Assembly (NCBI RefSeq): GCF_006345805.1
Contig: NC_042997.1
Span: 191,146,001 to 191,210,000 of the forward strand
Reading direction: 5' to 3'
From: Octopus sinensis
Taxonomy: Eukaryota
DNA: 64,000 bases
Shown here piece by piece: positions 36,545 through 52,866 of the stretch. Within the stretch, counting starts at the first letter, position 1, and the number at the start of each line of letters is the position of its first letter. Under the pieces are notes generated by a model. The model was not told the DNA's origin. It made no database searches and saw nothing but the letters and a program-made list of their open reading frames with translations. Made by a program: the position numbers and the translations under genes.

Positions 36545-36890
36545 TTTTGTCAACAAGCTGACCTCCGTGCCGGTGGCACATTAAAAACATCATTTGAGAG
36601 TGATCATTACCTGTATCGCCTTACTAGCACTTGTGCTGGTGGCACGTGAAAAAAACATTCGAGCGAGGTCGTTGCCAGTGCCGCTGGACTGGCCCTCATG
36701 GCGGTGGCATGTAAAAGCATCCACTACACTCTCAGAGTGGTTGGTGTTAAGAAGGGCATCCAGCTGTAGAAACTCTGCCAGATCAGATTGGAGCCTGGTG
36801 CAGCCATCTGGTTCACCAGACTTCAGTCAAATCGTCCAACCCATGCTAGCATGGAAAGCGGACATTAAACGATGATGATGATGATGATGA
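36545..36890 (+). mobile_element. RTE 3'-UTR retrocopy (family B)
   Basis: Family body and (GAT)n tail. Confidence 0.8.
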
Positions 36891-37544
36891 GATGCTCTCA
36901 TAAGGCTTTAGTAGATCCAAAGCCATAGAAGAAGACACTTACTCAAGGAGCCAAACAGTGGGCTTGAAACTAGAACCACATGGTTGTGAAGCGGAATTTT
37001 AAACTACACAGCTATGCCTGTGCAAGTATATCATAAAATTAGCTTTTGATGCATTCAAAGATTCCTTGAAGCTATACTCTCATGTATGAAAGCTGACAAA
37101 AGAGAAATGCCCACACCTTACATATAAAGACATTTGAACAGAGCAGAAAAGAACCATCACCAAATGGACATTAAAATCTTAGCCTTGATTTACAAGGTTC
37201 AGTATTTCCACAATTAGGTTATTCATCAAAATATTTGCTCATAATAGAACACAAACTCTGGTAGTACAAGAACCCTTCTAATGGCAATTAATTAATTGCA
37301 ATATGAATGCACCAATGTGAATTACATACAGGAAAATGAAAGCATATAACAAAACAATTCAGTGTTTGTAGCATTCAAGACAATTCTAAAGAAAAACTAA
37401 TAGGAAAAGACAATGGCTTTAATTCAAGATTCAGATTGACAGACAATACATGTCACTGGTTTCTTGTATAAAGAGAGAAATAGTAATGATTCTATCCCAA
37501 GTAATCTAGATGGCAGAAGAAGGTTAGAATGACTGTGTGGTTAA

Positions 37545-37735
37545 ATAGTTTGTTGACGACAGAGGGCATGACCCAGCCAAAGCAGACATCTCGTTAGGAT
37601 GACTTGTCGGAGGGAGGTGATTTTGCACTGGTGTTGCACCGAATTGTTGGAGACAAAGTGATGCCATCGGACATGAAGGATGCGGTGCAGACAGAGGTGA
37701 TCAAAGGACTCTAGTCGCTTAATATCTTCCACCCT
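37545..37735 (-). mobile_element. Old RTE-clade LINE ORF2 fragment
   Basis: KRLESFDHLCLHRILHVRW...SNNSV...LLWLGHA resembles the RTE motif LxRILxIxW...LRWLGH. Confidence 0.65.
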
Positions 37736-38527
37736 ACAAACTCCTTTGAGTTCTATTTTACTCAGATGGACCCCAATAGCTATTTAATATTTAAAAAATA
37801 TTTCTATAATTAAATATTATTAGGGACATATAAAAAGAAATTGTCAAAATATTTTGAGTAATTTACTGAACATAATTTTTAACAGCAAAATCTTATATTG
37901 CCCTCCAGATGGGCCCTGATTGAGAGCCACTGCTTTACATGATCACTTGGTCCAACGGAAATAGCAACCAAATTTTCATCTCGTACCCTACTAACTAAAA
38001 AAAGAGAAGGATATATCAGTCCTCCATACACTATGCCTGAAAAAGAGATTGGATGGCCACAGCTGGAATTCTTTTGATTATAGATCTGCTTGCTTAGGTT
38101 TGACCTAATGAACAACAACACTTTACTAAAGAAAACAGACGAAAAATAAATCAACAGCCAAGTAAAGTAAAGACTAAAAATGCTACTTGAACTATTTTGT
38201 ATGTTGACATCATTAGATAAGGATATTGAATATAAATGAAAAGCACATATCTACGACAGGATCATAAGTTGATATCTTATAAAAACAAGTTTACCCAAGA
38301 GGTACAGCATTGAAAATTATGAATTCATGTTAACTTATGCAGAAAGTGTTAGATTATGGCTGTGTGATTATGAAATGCACTCCCCAAACACATAGTTTCA
38401 AGTTTAGTCCCACTGTATAGCATTATGGGAACTGGGTCGGAAAATACCAAAATATTTAGAAAACTTTAGTGTTTTCAAAGTACTGTACTGTTATGGGTGA
38501 ATTCCTCTGAGGTGAAATGATGATAGC

Positions 38528-38592
<65 letters not shown>

Positions 38593-38805
38593 CTTTTATT
38601 TGTTTCAGTCATTTGGCTGTGGCCATGCTGGAGCACCGCCTTTAGTCGAGCAAATCGACCCCAGGACTTATTCTTGGGAAGCCTAGTACTTATTCTATCA
38701 GTCTCTTTTGCTGAACTGCTAAGTTACGGGGACATAAACACACCAGCATCAGTTGTCAAGCGATGTTAGGGGGAACAAACACAGACAAACAAACATATAC
38801 ACACA

Positions 38806-38849
<44 letters not shown>

Positions 38850-39020
38850 CATATATACGATGGGCTTCTTTCAGTTTCCATCTACCAAATCCACTCACAA
38901 GGCTTTGGTTGGCCCGAGGCTATAGTAGAAGACACTTGCCCAAGGTGCCATGCAGTAGGACTGAACCCAGAACCATGTGGTTGGTAAGCAAGCTACTTAC
39001 CATACAGCCATTCCTGTGCC
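38593..39020 (-). mobile_element. SINE A, full length
   Basis: Reverse complement of the full family A body. Confidence 0.85.
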
Positions 39021-39039
39021 TAATAATAGTAATATTAAT

Positions 39040-39190
39040 AAAAGCGAAATTCTGTCTGTCTGGGACCCCTCTATCTCAGTCTACATTTGTTCTACATAGA
39101 CATATTATACCTTTTTGGAATCAGGATGGTGCCAGGATTGAAAATCTGTCCTTCATTTGGTTCTTGAACATCCACCATTGGGATCTGATT
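39040..39190 (+). repeat. About 150-bp repeat with a second copy at about 59085-59230; Helitron-like 5' end
   Basis: Shared AAATTCTGTCTG...ATACCTTTTTGGAATCAGG...CATCCACCATTGGGATC. Confidence 0.6.
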
Positions 39191-39384
39191 TTACCGGCAC
39201 GGAAACCAGTTTGCTGCTCTGGCAACGATCACACTCGGATGGTGCTATGTATATATATATATATATATATATATTTGTTTTTATGTTGAATAAAAACAAG
39301 GTTACTCAATACATTTGGTAAAGTGCAAATTTATCATTCCTCAATGATAATAGTATTGACAGTAACTTCAAAGTCTCAGCAAGC

Positions 39385-39420
<36 letters not shown>

Positions 39421-39822
39421 CCTCTTTCACAAGTTTATTTCCTGTCTACAGACATGTGCAAAGTTCTGTTTTTGTGCAAGACTAATAAGTTACATATGCA
39501 AGCCTCCTCTCCTCTTCCTAAGCCAATAACAATGTCTAAGGGACAGGCATCAGTGCCATTACCTATGAACTTCGAACATAAAGAGTCGGAAAAACAGAAG
39601 GCACTGATAATCCACTGATCTTAATTGTACTTTACTTTTATCTTAACTTCTGAAGGATAAAGGTTAAGTTGGCCTTGATAGAATTTCAATGTAAAAAGCA
39701 GAAGAAATACGGCAAAGCATTTAGTCCAGCACTCTAATGATTCACCATTGAAGATAATTCATTTCAACAATATAAGTAGTTAGTTCTTCCATTATCCTTA
39801 CACTTTAACAGAGATATTTACA

Positions 39823-39895
39823 TTCAAAATGGCCCAATGGATAAGGCACTGGCCTCCTAAGCCAGAGATTGTGGCTTCGAGTCCCATCAGAGGTA
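39823..39895 (+). pseudogene. tRNA-Arg(CCT) pseudogene lacking the 5' acceptor strand
   Basis: TGGCCCAATGGATAAGGCA D arm, perfect anticodon arm CTGGC-CTCCTAA-GCCAG (CCT at 39856-39858), TTCGAGT T loop with one stem mismatch. The 5' TTCAAAA cannot pair with the 3' CAGAGGT. Confidence 0.8.
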
Positions 39896-39913
39896 GATTC
39901 TTCATTTTCATAT

Positions 39914-40141
39914 TAGGCATAGGAGTGGCTGTGTGGTAAGTAGCTTGCTTACAAACCACATGGTTCCAGGTTCAGTCCCACTGTGTGGCACCTTAGGCAA
40001 GTGTCTTCTGCTATAGCCTTGGGCCGACCAAAGCTTTGTGAGTGGATTTGGTAGACGGAAAATGAAAGAAGCCCCGGGCCGATCAAAGCCTTGTGAATGG
40101 ATTTGGTAGACGGAATCTGAAAGAAGCCTGTCATATATATT

Positions 40142-40180
<39 letters not shown>

Positions 40181-40382
40181 ATCTGTGTTTGTTCCCTCAA
40201 CATCGCTTGACAACCGATGCTGGTGTGTTTATGTCCCCGTAACTTAGCGGTTCAGCAAAAGAGACTGATAGAATAAGTACTAGGCTTACAAAGAATAAGT
40301 CCTAAGGTTGATTTGATTGACTAAAGGCGGTGCTCCAGCAAGGCCACAGTCAAATGACTGAAACAAGTAAAAGAGAGAGAGA
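39914..40382 (+). mobile_element. SINE A with an internal tandem duplication of about 55 bp
   Basis: GGGCCGAxCAAAGC...GAAAGAAGCC occurs twice, at about 40021 and 40076. Confidence 0.8.
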
Positions 40383-41324
40383 GTATAGAATGGAATTTTT
40401 CAAAATGTTTCATAGAATGGAATTTCATTCCTGATATTAATTCAGATGTTACTAATTCAACTAAATAAAGTGAATAATACCAGTGGGAGATTATTGATAC
40501 AATCTCTTGATTATTCAATTCTTACGTTTATGGCATAAGTAAAAAAAATATTTCGGTTTTGGATTTGGTTTGCAAGATTCTTTATATGAGTTCGTATGTT
40601 GAAGCATATTCTGTTGTGTCTGGGGAGAGTCATTTTCTTTTTGTGCCTTATAATATAACACACTCACCCGTAAAATTTCTGCTTATTTCTTATTTTCATT
40701 TTCCTAAAATTTTCGTTGCGTCTTGCAACCTTTTCAATAGTCTTGACTGTCATACATTCAATCACAAATATTCTCAAACCTTTTTCTCTTACCTAGAATA
40801 TTTTGAAGCACTTGTTTCAGTCATTGGGCTGCAGCCACAGCAGGCCACAGCCTAGAAGGTTTTAACGAAACAAATCAGTACCAGTATATATTCTTCTTTA
40901 GATCTGGCACTTATTTTATCGGGCTCTTTTGCCGAACTGCTAATTTACAGGGATGTAAACAAACCAATACTGGTTGTCAAGAGGTGGCAGGGGACAAACA
41001 CACTCACATAAATACACGTACACACACATATATATATCATCGTTTAAAGTCCACTTTCCATGCTGGTATGGCTTGATGATTTGATAGGAGCTGGCATGCT
41101 GCACCAGGTTCCAACTGTCTGTTTTAGCATGGCTTGTATGGTTGGATGCCCTTCCTAACACCAACCACTTTACTGAGTGTACTGGGTGCTTTTACACACC
41201 ACTCGCATGGGTACTTTTTTCTGTAGCACCAGCACATACATGGAACCAGAACAGGTCCTCTCTATGTGGCACTATCACAGGTGCTCTCCATGGGGCACAG
41301 GCGTATTCTACATAACAGCACATA

Positions 41325-41360
41325 TATATATGTATATATATATATATATTACACACACAC

Positions 41361-41391
<31 letters not shown>

Positions 41392-41610
41392 CATACACAC
41401 ACACACACATATATACACACACACACATACATACATATATATACACACACATACATATATATACACACACACATACATATATATACACACACACATACAT
41501 ATATATATACACACACATACATATATATATACACACACATACATATACATATATACATATATATATATACATACACACACACACACACATATGCATATAC
41601 AGACAGACAA
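41325..41610. repeat. Compound (CA)n/(TA)n microsatellite
   Basis: Direct reading of the sequence. Confidence 0.95.
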
Positions 41611-42778
41611 ATAGGAGTGTGTGTGTGTGATACATTTCCACACAGTTTTTGTTACTCACAAGGCACTGGCTGGCTAAAGGTTATAGAAGACGCTTGAAGT
41701 CTTGAAGTACGCATAACGAAATGGAACCAGAAACCACATGGTTGCAAAGTGAGCTACTCAACCACACAGCCATGTTTGAGTCTTTTTTTTTTATTCTGTC
41801 CTTTTTTTTAAAAAAACAAATAGTTGAATAACACACAATACAGATCTCCCTGTAGCTGAAGCTGATTAACACCATTTTTCTTTCCCTCTTTCTTTTTTTT
41901 CTTTTTTTTTATTATTATGTGTTCAGTTCCCCTAATTATTAGTAGCCTCTAGCTCAAGGGTAGATTACATCTGCCATAACTTTGTCAAAGCTTGTAACAA
42001 AATTCATTACAATCTACTTTATAATCACAAACCAAGAAAACAGGAAAGTTGAGTTTGGCTTGTATATTTCCAGAAAAGAGTAACAGCCGGAACCTTTTTG
42101 TAAATTTACTAACATGTTTGTTTGTTTGTTTTTAATGTATAGTTACTGTAGAAAGGGCAGCTTTCATGACAGTTTTCAGGGTCCTTTATGAATGGTGGGA
42201 GAGGAAGAGACAGAATGGAAACTCCCCTAAGAACAGAGAACTGGCCCAAATGCTTGCAACAGGCTGGGCTGTAGATCAGCAAAGAGCAAGGCAATGTTGT
42301 TAAATTTGATGGAAGATTAAATTTATCAACCAAAACAGGAATGGTTTTTTCAAAAGGCTTCTGCACAGTTTCCATCTAACAAGTTTCATTCACACAGCCT
42401 TGATTGATCCAAAGTTATGGTAGAAGACACGAGCATCTTTTCAAACACCACCTGTCTAACACCTGTGGACATGTTTACAAAGTCAGAAAGCAGCACAGCT
42501 CCCATGACTTTCGGAAACATTTTTTCACGCTAAGAGTTGCTGAAGCATGGAACAAACTACCGGCATCAATTGTTAGTTGTCGGAGCATTGCATCCTTCAA
42601 AACTTCCATGCTTCCTGAGATTCGCCAACACTACACCTGATTTTCTCCCCTCCATACACACACAAGCATGTATCTGACTCATACACTGTTCCCTTTCCAG
42701 ACATTTGTACATTACTGCATATGCTTTATATGCACTTTTGACAAGTTGCGGTGCATCTGAGCACTGTATACAATAATT

Positions 42779-42809
<31 letters not shown>

Positions 42810-43507
42810 CATTATTATTATTATTATTATATTATTTTTAACCCAAGGCACTGCACTGTGAGAGTCAAACTTGGAACGATGTAGCTGTGAAGTGACCTTT
42901 TTAAGTACACTGCAGTATCTATATCCAGTTATGTCATAGACATAACAGCTACAGAAAATCATGATTGGACCCTTCTATTTGGCAACTTTTATTTTTCCCT
43001 TCACAGTGCAGTCAGATTTCCAGCAATTCAGAAATAGTTTTGAAATAGCTGTCCATCAAATGATGGCACAAGCGTGGATGCATAATACATCTTTTACCCA
43101 TTTCATTCATTAGGCTGCAACCATGCTGAAGCACTACCTTGGAAACCCTTGCGTCAAATTCTTCTCTTTTTAACCTGCTACTTATTCTATCAGTCTCTTT
43201 TGAGAGACAAACACAGACACAAACACACACGCATATATATATATATATATATATATATTATCAATAATAATAAAGGGTAAAATTAATTAATTAATTAGCA
43301 ATTAATAATTCTACAAAGTAGTGTTCAGCATGTTAAAAAGACCATTTACGGTAAACTTAAACAGTACTTTATATAATTATGAATACATTGCCTGGGAGAT
43401 TCTTCTTATAGTGGAAGAAATAGCCAAGTTCTTTGGCTGCTATTTCTAAAAGTTCGGTATGTGGCAAAGCAAATATTTTTGCTGAACCCTAATTATAATT
43501 AGATTCA

Positions 43508-43538
<31 letters not shown>

Positions 43539-45486
43539 GACAGGCTTCTTTCAATTTCCATTTACCAAATCCACTCAAAAGGCTTTGATCGACATGAAGC
43601 CATAGACTGAACCCGGAACCAGGTGGTTGGGAAGCAAGCTTGTTACCACAAAGCCACAGAGTGTTAACGTGCATGAGTGTGTGTGTTTTGTTTGTCCCCG
43701 TCTACTGCTTGACAACAGGTGTTGGTTTGTTTACACCCTCATAACTCTGTAGAACAACAACAAAAGAGACCAACAGAATTAAGTACCAGACTTAAAAATA
43801 GATACTTGGGTTGGTGTCTTCACCTAAACCCTTTCAAGGCAGTGCACCAGCATAGCTGCAGTCCAACGATTGAGACAAATAAAATACACACACACACATA
43901 CATACATACATACACATGCATATACACAAACTGTGCATGACAGCAAAAGAGGTATACCTCAACATTGTTGGAAATAGAGGACCATAATTATTGAATGATA
44001 CAGTTATGAAGATTCACATACAGCACTTCAAGTTTCCATGTCAATGATATGATGACCACCACACTTCTTAAGCACCATCAAAGTAACTGATGGCTCTATA
44101 GGCACTAGACCTGTGACAGTTGAGGAAGAACAGAAACTTGAAGTCTTGTAAGTGAGTCTCTGTAACTATATCATACACACAAACACACATATACACTACT
44201 GAACAGAAAAGAAAACTTTCAAAACTGGGACATATGATTGAGTTTGAGACTATATTTAAATACCTTGTGCTTGTAAAGATCTCCTGATCAGTCACCTGTG
44301 GCTATTTTAACCAGACAGGAGAAGCTAGCTTTTGAATATACAAACAATAAACTTATAACAAACCAGTAGAGCAATGGACCATTAAAACCTTATCTGTGAA
44401 ATTTAAATTAATTTTAAAGAATAGTTGTGCTATATGCTTAGAGACCTAAACCCTCAAACATAAGTTTAATCCCACTGCAGATACTGATGTTATTTAATGC
44501 AAACCATGTTCAAAGGCTTTCCAGCCATGACTGTCCTGTCTTTACTATGAGTATATTCTATTATTCTACAGGCTGTGATCATGCTGAAGCAGTGCCATTA
44601 CAAAATTTAGTACAACCCCATAGTTGTAGGCCTTGGGAAAGATCGAACCTTGTTCCAGGAAGTTCCATGCTGCTGTCTACACAAGTTTTTTACCCATAAA
44701 ACTACCGAGGCAACAACAATAATGTACTTAGAAACAATCCATACAGTCTCTACTGCCTTTCTTTAAGACTATGTATGATTAGAAGTAGATTTATTTGGTC
44801 TCTCTAGCAGATAAAGTAACTGCATGAAGATTTACTCACTGGTACCACTTGTAGTCTAAAATTTTATTTAAACACAATCTATTTACACAACTTAGTTCAT
44901 TGTCTGTCAGGTAGCTAAAACTATGTATTACATTAAATTCATAACTGAAATATCACAAGGTATTTTAGTTGTATTTTTACAAACACACCCATAGACATAG
45001 GCATATGTTATTTGTTTACAAAAATCCCTAAGCCACCAGAATCTTTAAAACAAACAAAACGAGTATATATAATCTGGTATATCTACTGATTCTAAAAGTA
45101 AAAAGTGAGTAAAAATAAAACTTCAAATTACTTATTTGTACTTTGAGAAACATTAACATGTTCACATTGTAAAGGGGGTAAAATATGTCAGCATGAAAAC
45201 ATGTTTTGAACAATAAAAAAATTGTCTGAACAAAAGAAATATGAAGAAAAAAACGTTTGATATGCATTGAATGAAACACATGTAGCCAATAAAGATAACT
45301 TTTCTTTCTTTCCAGTGTCAAACTTTTATAAGGGGGTGTGTGTGTGCATGTGAGTGTATATATGCATGTACATGTGTCAGGCACAGGAGTGGTTGTGTGG
45401 TAAGCAGCTTGCTTACCAACCACACGGTTTCCCAGTTCAGTCCCACTGTGTGGCACCTTGGATAAGCTGGTGCTCCAGCTTGGCTG

Positions 45487-47254
<1,768 letters not shown>

Positions 47255-47394
47255 AAGAAACATACGCACATACACAAAAACTTAACATTTTTCACTCTAG
47301 TAAAGTGAGAAAAAGATAAAAAATTATAAAAAAGAAAAGAGGGAAAGAAAAGAAAATAGGCTAGATATTAATTAACTTTTTTTTAAATACCTAC

Positions 47395-47524
47395 CTTAAA
47401 TTCACAGTGGTCTCCAGTGTATTCGTTAGTACAGGTACAGTTGTAGCCGGCTACAAGATCATTGCAGGTACCATTGTTTATGCAGGCAGTATTGTTAGCA
47501 CAGTCATCAATATTATTTTCACAT
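47395..47524 (-). CDS. crb: Crumbs-like gene, exon D: EGF domain
   Basis: Acceptor ctgtctgcag|A completes AG|A (Arg). Encodes CENNIDDCANNTACINNGTCNDLVAGYNCTCTNEYTGDHCEFK. Donor AAG|GTAGGT, phase 0. Confidence 0.9.
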
Positions 47525-49834
47525 CTGCAGACAGTGACGAAAGCCATTAAAATTAGAATAATCATGAAAATACTTTTTCTACAGATAATTTTGTAGGGAT
47601 ATCCATCCGTATATGATAGATCAACCCTAGCCATTTCTTTAAACAATACTCCCAGTTAAAGTAGATATCGGGATGGCAGTCAGCAGTTGGCATGACTATA
47701 GCGTGTTTCCTGGAGACTATCCATATTTCTAGATCATCATCTTGGGTAGAGGGGAAAGAAGTTTTGGTTTTAGATTCCTGTTTTTGCTTGTTTTTGTTTC
47801 ACCAACTTCTTCCACCGCCAAACTTTTTACAAAACCATCAGATTTGCTTGGCTACAAGTACTAATGCTTACAAATCAGTGTGGGCTTCCCACACCTTAAT
47901 AGGATGAAATAAATCTGTCAGGTGGTCACAGGTGAAGTTACCAGCCAGCCACCCAACCAGCCAGCTAACTAGTCAGTCAGTCAGTCAGTCGGGCAGGTAG
48001 GCAGACAGACAGGCAGAAACAGCAGCAGCAGTCACACAAGGCCGAAAACTTCAAAAATAGCAAGGATTGTGAAGTCTAAGGAGGCAAGTGGTATATTTTA
48101 AAGCCTGTAGCAGCAAGCAGCACCTGTTATGGCATAAGTCAGGTTTAGGAAAGATGTCATGTACAATAAGGCATAACAGTCCATTGTTCTGAGACAGTTG
48201 TCAGGAGAGAAGAGAAAACCAGCTTCTAAATTACTCACAGTCGAAAATTAAAACACTGTAAGACACAGAGATATAATTCTTGGACAGAAAAATTTTTTAT
48301 GACAAAATATAAAGTAAAGGAAGTTATTATGAAAGTGTTACAGGCCTCTTACTACAGGTAAAAATAACATACAATAAGGGCAAATGGAGGGAGGGGGCTA
48401 TTAAGCTAATACTGACATACTACAGGTGGAACAGCTAGAATAGGCTTGTCTCAGTCAGTGACCTATTTGTGAATGTGTTCATTCACTTCAAGACCTCACA
48501 TACACCCACACCTCTTCTTTTTATCCTGCCTGTTAACCTTGCAACTCTGTGGCAATCAATACAATGAGAGAGAGAGAGAGAACTAGCCACAATGAAGATA
48601 TGTGACTGATCTACAAGGAGATAAAAGTTTAAGGAAGAGTTGAGGCTGAAACAGAATTTTTAAATATTATGAATAAGAAATAAAACAAAACAGTAAATTC
48701 TTTTCTTTTCTTAGTAAACAAGAAACGAATGGTGAATTACAATACATAAATTAATTTAATGATTAATCTGAAACCAGTCAACGACATTTGTATATTTTTA
48801 GCTAAGTATAGACACAAATAGAAGGTTTATTATACATGTATTCAGTTTGAAAGATACTAATGCCTGAGTAATTAACATCATAATCAAAAGCAGACTTTCT
48901 TTATATGTGACTGATCTACAAGCTTTAAAGAATCCGACAACAGTTTCTTAAACCTCTTAATAGTAATTCTTCTAGTAAAAAAAGCAGGAAGACACTTGTG
49001 ATGTTCACAGCATAGGAATTATGATAATACTCATAAGAAAGAACACAAGTGTTCAGGTATTTCCTGCTGAGCAAGGATAAGCTTCCAGCAAGAAAATATG
49101 CAATGTGGTTTAAATTTTTGGTGGTGCATATTATATTTCATGCACGTGCCGGAATGAACAGGAGCAGGTATGGATAGGTGCTGGCATGACTGTGTGGTTA
49201 AAATGTTTCCCTCCCAACCACATGGTTCTGAGTTCAGTCCCACTGGGTGGCACCTTGGGTAGGTGTTTTCTACTACAGCTCTGGACCAACCAAAGCTTTG
49301 TGAATGGATTTGCTAGATGGAAAGTGAAAGAAGCCCTTTGTATTATCATTAAATGAATTATTTTTTTTAATTAATTTTTTAAAATTAATTAATGAAATTA
49401 CTGTATACAGTGCTCAGGTGCACCACAACTTGTCAAAAGTGCATATAAAGCATATGCAGTAATGTACAAATGTCTGGAAAGTGAGCAGTATATGAGTCAG
49501 ATACATGCTTACATGTGTATGGAGGGGAGAAAATCAGGTGTAGTGTTGGCGAATCTCAGGAAGCATGGAAGTTTTGAAGGATGCAGTGCTAACATCCACT
49601 TCACCATGCTTGCAGACGGAATTTGCTGAGTTGGATTTACCAGAGTCAGAAACCCTTCTTGTCACCAAAATTTACCTGTTTCCAAGGAAGGTTATATTTT
49701 CCCCTGACCAGAAATTTTTCCCTTGAAGACTGGAAATGAACAACCTCACTTATATGACGATGATGCTTATTTACAACCATCACATAATGTCTAAACAAGG
49801 GTGTATATACACACACACACACACCACACATGCA

Positions 49835-50205
49835 AAAAGCACCATTTGAGCATGATCATTACCAGCGTCGCCTTACTGGCACTTGTGCCGGTGGCACATG
49901 AAAAAACATTCAAGCGAGGTCATTGCCAATGCTGCTGGACTGGCTCCTGTGCAGGTGACATGTAAAAAACACCATTTGAGCATGGCCGTTTCCAGTACCG
50001 CCTGACTGGCCTTCATGCCGGTGGCATGTAAAAGCACCCACTACACTCTCAGAGTGGTTGGCATTAGGAAGGGCATCCAGCAGTAGAAACTCTGCCAGAT
50101 CAGATTGGAGCCTGGTGCAGCCATCTGGTTCGCCAGTCCTCAGTCAAATTGTCCAACCCATGCTAGCATGGAAAGCGGACGTTAAACGATGATGATGACG
50201 ATGAT
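49835..50205 (+). mobile_element. RTE 3'-UTR retrocopy (family B)
   Basis: Family body and (GAT)n tail. Confidence 0.8.
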
Positions 50206-50902
50206 GATATACACATATAAATACATACGTATGATGGGCTTCTTTCAATTTCCAACAACCAAATCCACCCACAAGGTTTTGGTCAACCCAAGACTGTAGT
50301 AGAAGGTACTTGTCCAAGGACCAAACTCAAGACCTCATGGTTGGTAAACAAGGTTCACAATCACACAGCCATGGTTACACCTATGACTTTCGGAAACATT
50401 TTTTCACGCTCAGAGTTGCTGAAGCATGGAATAAACTGCCTGCGTCAGTTGTTGACTGACATGACACTGCATCCTTTAAGGCCCTCATGCTTTCCGAAAT
50501 CCGCCGAAACTACACCTGATTATATATACACTTTAGATGAGTTGTAGTGCACCTGAGCACTGTACACAATGTTTTATTATTATTATTATTATTATCATTA
50601 TATATATATATATATATATTTAAACATAATAAATAACAATAGGGTAATAAGAAAAATTAATGAAATTATTATAAATGTCTTCCCCTTTTCAAGGACCTTT
50701 TGTTAATCCCTACTCTTTGTTCATATGTATATGACAACACTCCATCTACTCCTTTAACCTTTTAGTTACCATATTTCTGTTGAAATCATTGCCTTTGTTT
50801 TAATTAATTTCAAATGTAACGAAGAATTTAGTAAAATAACACAAGCTGATGTTTGGAACAAAGATAAATGTGAAATTTTGGTGAAAGGTATATCATGACA
50901 GA

Positions 50903-51288
50903 AGCGGCGAGCTGGCAGAATCGTTAGCACGCCGGGCGAAATGCGTAGCCGTATTTCATCTGCCTCTACGTTCTGAGTTCAAATTCCGCCGAGGTCGACT
51001 TTGCCTTTCATCTTTTCGGGGTCGATAAATTAAGTACCAGTTACGCACTGGGGTCAATGTAATCGACTTAATCCCTTTGTTTGTCCTTGTTTGTCTCCTC
51101 TGTGTTTAGCCCCTTGTGGGTAGTAAAGAAATAGGTATTTTGTCAGCTGTTACTTTCTGAGTTCAATTTCCGCCGATGCCGACTTATCTTTTCATCCCTT
51201 CGGGGTCGATGTAATCGACTTAATCCCTTTGTCTGTCCTTGTTTGTCTCCTCTGTGTTTAGCCCCTTGTGGGTAGTAAAAAAATAGGT
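50903..51288 (+). mobile_element. SINE C with tandem-repeated 3' part
   Basis: One head followed by two body/tail units. Confidence 0.8.
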
Positions 51289-52633
51289 TTATCTTGACAG
51301 CACCCACAAGACTCCTTCAAAGAGTCGAGGACCCAAGGAAAAGCAACACATACAACACATTCTCAGTTTAACACCACTGCATGGTCCTTGGGGGTGTATG
51401 CTGTTGGCAGAATTCATTGAATCTGTTACAAGCATTTGGACCATGTTTCCAGTTTGAAAACACGTTCTCCCTTCTTACCCACCAATCTAAAAGACCCTTT
51501 AATTGGTTGCGAACTCTGTCCTTCCTTCCTCACAAAGTGATAAAATAAGAACAAAAAACAAACCAACATCCCAACAAGTTGAACTATATCTATCAGACAT
51601 TGACATACTATCCTAGGTCTTAAACCACCATAAATGCAATAAAACAGGCCAGTGTTAGCTATGGATTAAGATTAAACTGATATCTGCTCATTCATATCAA
51701 GGCTACACACAGTTTGCCTCATCTTAACTCAAGGTCAACTTTTAAACTGGCCTTGCTGAAGGAGTCTGCAGCCCAGTCCAGAAAGATAGGAACTTATAAT
51801 AAACTATGAGGAATTTAGTCCACAACTTCATCATTTTACCATTTCTAATAATTGAATATCTTGTTTTTTTTTGTTTTATCTAGGTGTGGTGAGGATGGCA
51901 AGTGAACATATATACATGTATATGAGTGTATAAATATACATACATTCACAGACAGATAGAAGTGCATGTGAATATACTTTCATTTATGTGTACTCATGTA
52001 AATGTACATGTGTGTATATATGTGCATATGTGTGAATAATGTGCATGTATATGTATATAAATATATATACATATACACTCACATTCAAGTATCTGTGCAT
52101 GTGTGTGTGTTGGCAAACACAGAAACCTATGTATATAACCTACGTAGATGTCTGCCTTAATCTATATTCAAAGCTAAGGAAATTAAATTGTTAATCTGCT
52201 TGGTGCCTAATAAGCCACAACAGCAGTTGGATGAAGAAGCATCAGCAATAAACTTTAATCCTTCAATCAGTGAACAGGATCAACGAGAAATGAGATAATC
52301 CCTAACATTGAAACTGATCTACATTTTAATGCGGGGGGGAGGGGGGCAATAATACAGGGAAAAGACTGGGGAAGTGGAAGGTTTGGGGTGAGTAATGGAG
52401 AGAGGATGGAGAATAGGGGACAGTAAATGGAAGGATTGAGAGTTAAAGGGTGATGAAAATTAGTGAGTAGAACACTGGATGAGGTGTCTGAGGGATAAGG
52501 GTAAGGAAAAGGAATGAGGTAGTATGAGAGAGAGAGGGGAGAGATTGTATGTGTGTGTGTATCTGCATGCATGCACGTGTGTGTGTGCCAGTGTGTGTTA
52601 CTGAGCCCTTGACTGTGTATGATAGTTGTAAAC

Positions 52634-52866
52634 AAATTTTTTTTCTACCCACAAGGGGCTAAACATAGAGGGGACAAACAAGGACAGACAAACGGATTAA
52701 GTCAATTATATCGACCCCATTGCGTAACTGGTACTTAATTTATCGACCCCGAAAGGATGAAAGGCAAAGTCGACCTCGGCGGAATTTGAACTCAGAACAT
52801 AGTGACAGACGAAATACTGCTAAGCATTTCGCCCGGCTTGCTAACGTTTCTGCCAGCTCGCCACCT
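52634..52866 (-). mobile_element. SINE C with 16-bp TSD
   Basis: TATGATAGTTGTAAAC at 52618-52633 and 52867-52882. Confidence 0.9.

Noticed and set aside
42109-42375. 88-aa minus-strand ORF on the gene's strand
   Set aside because: Starts inside a SINE A remnant (TAGATGGAAACTG), has no EGF or LamG pattern, and has no clear splice sites.
47391-47395. Alternative donor GTAG|GTATTT 4 nt downstream of the exon D donor
   Set aside because: It would give phase 1, incompatible with the phase 0 acceptor of exon E, and is a weaker consensus.
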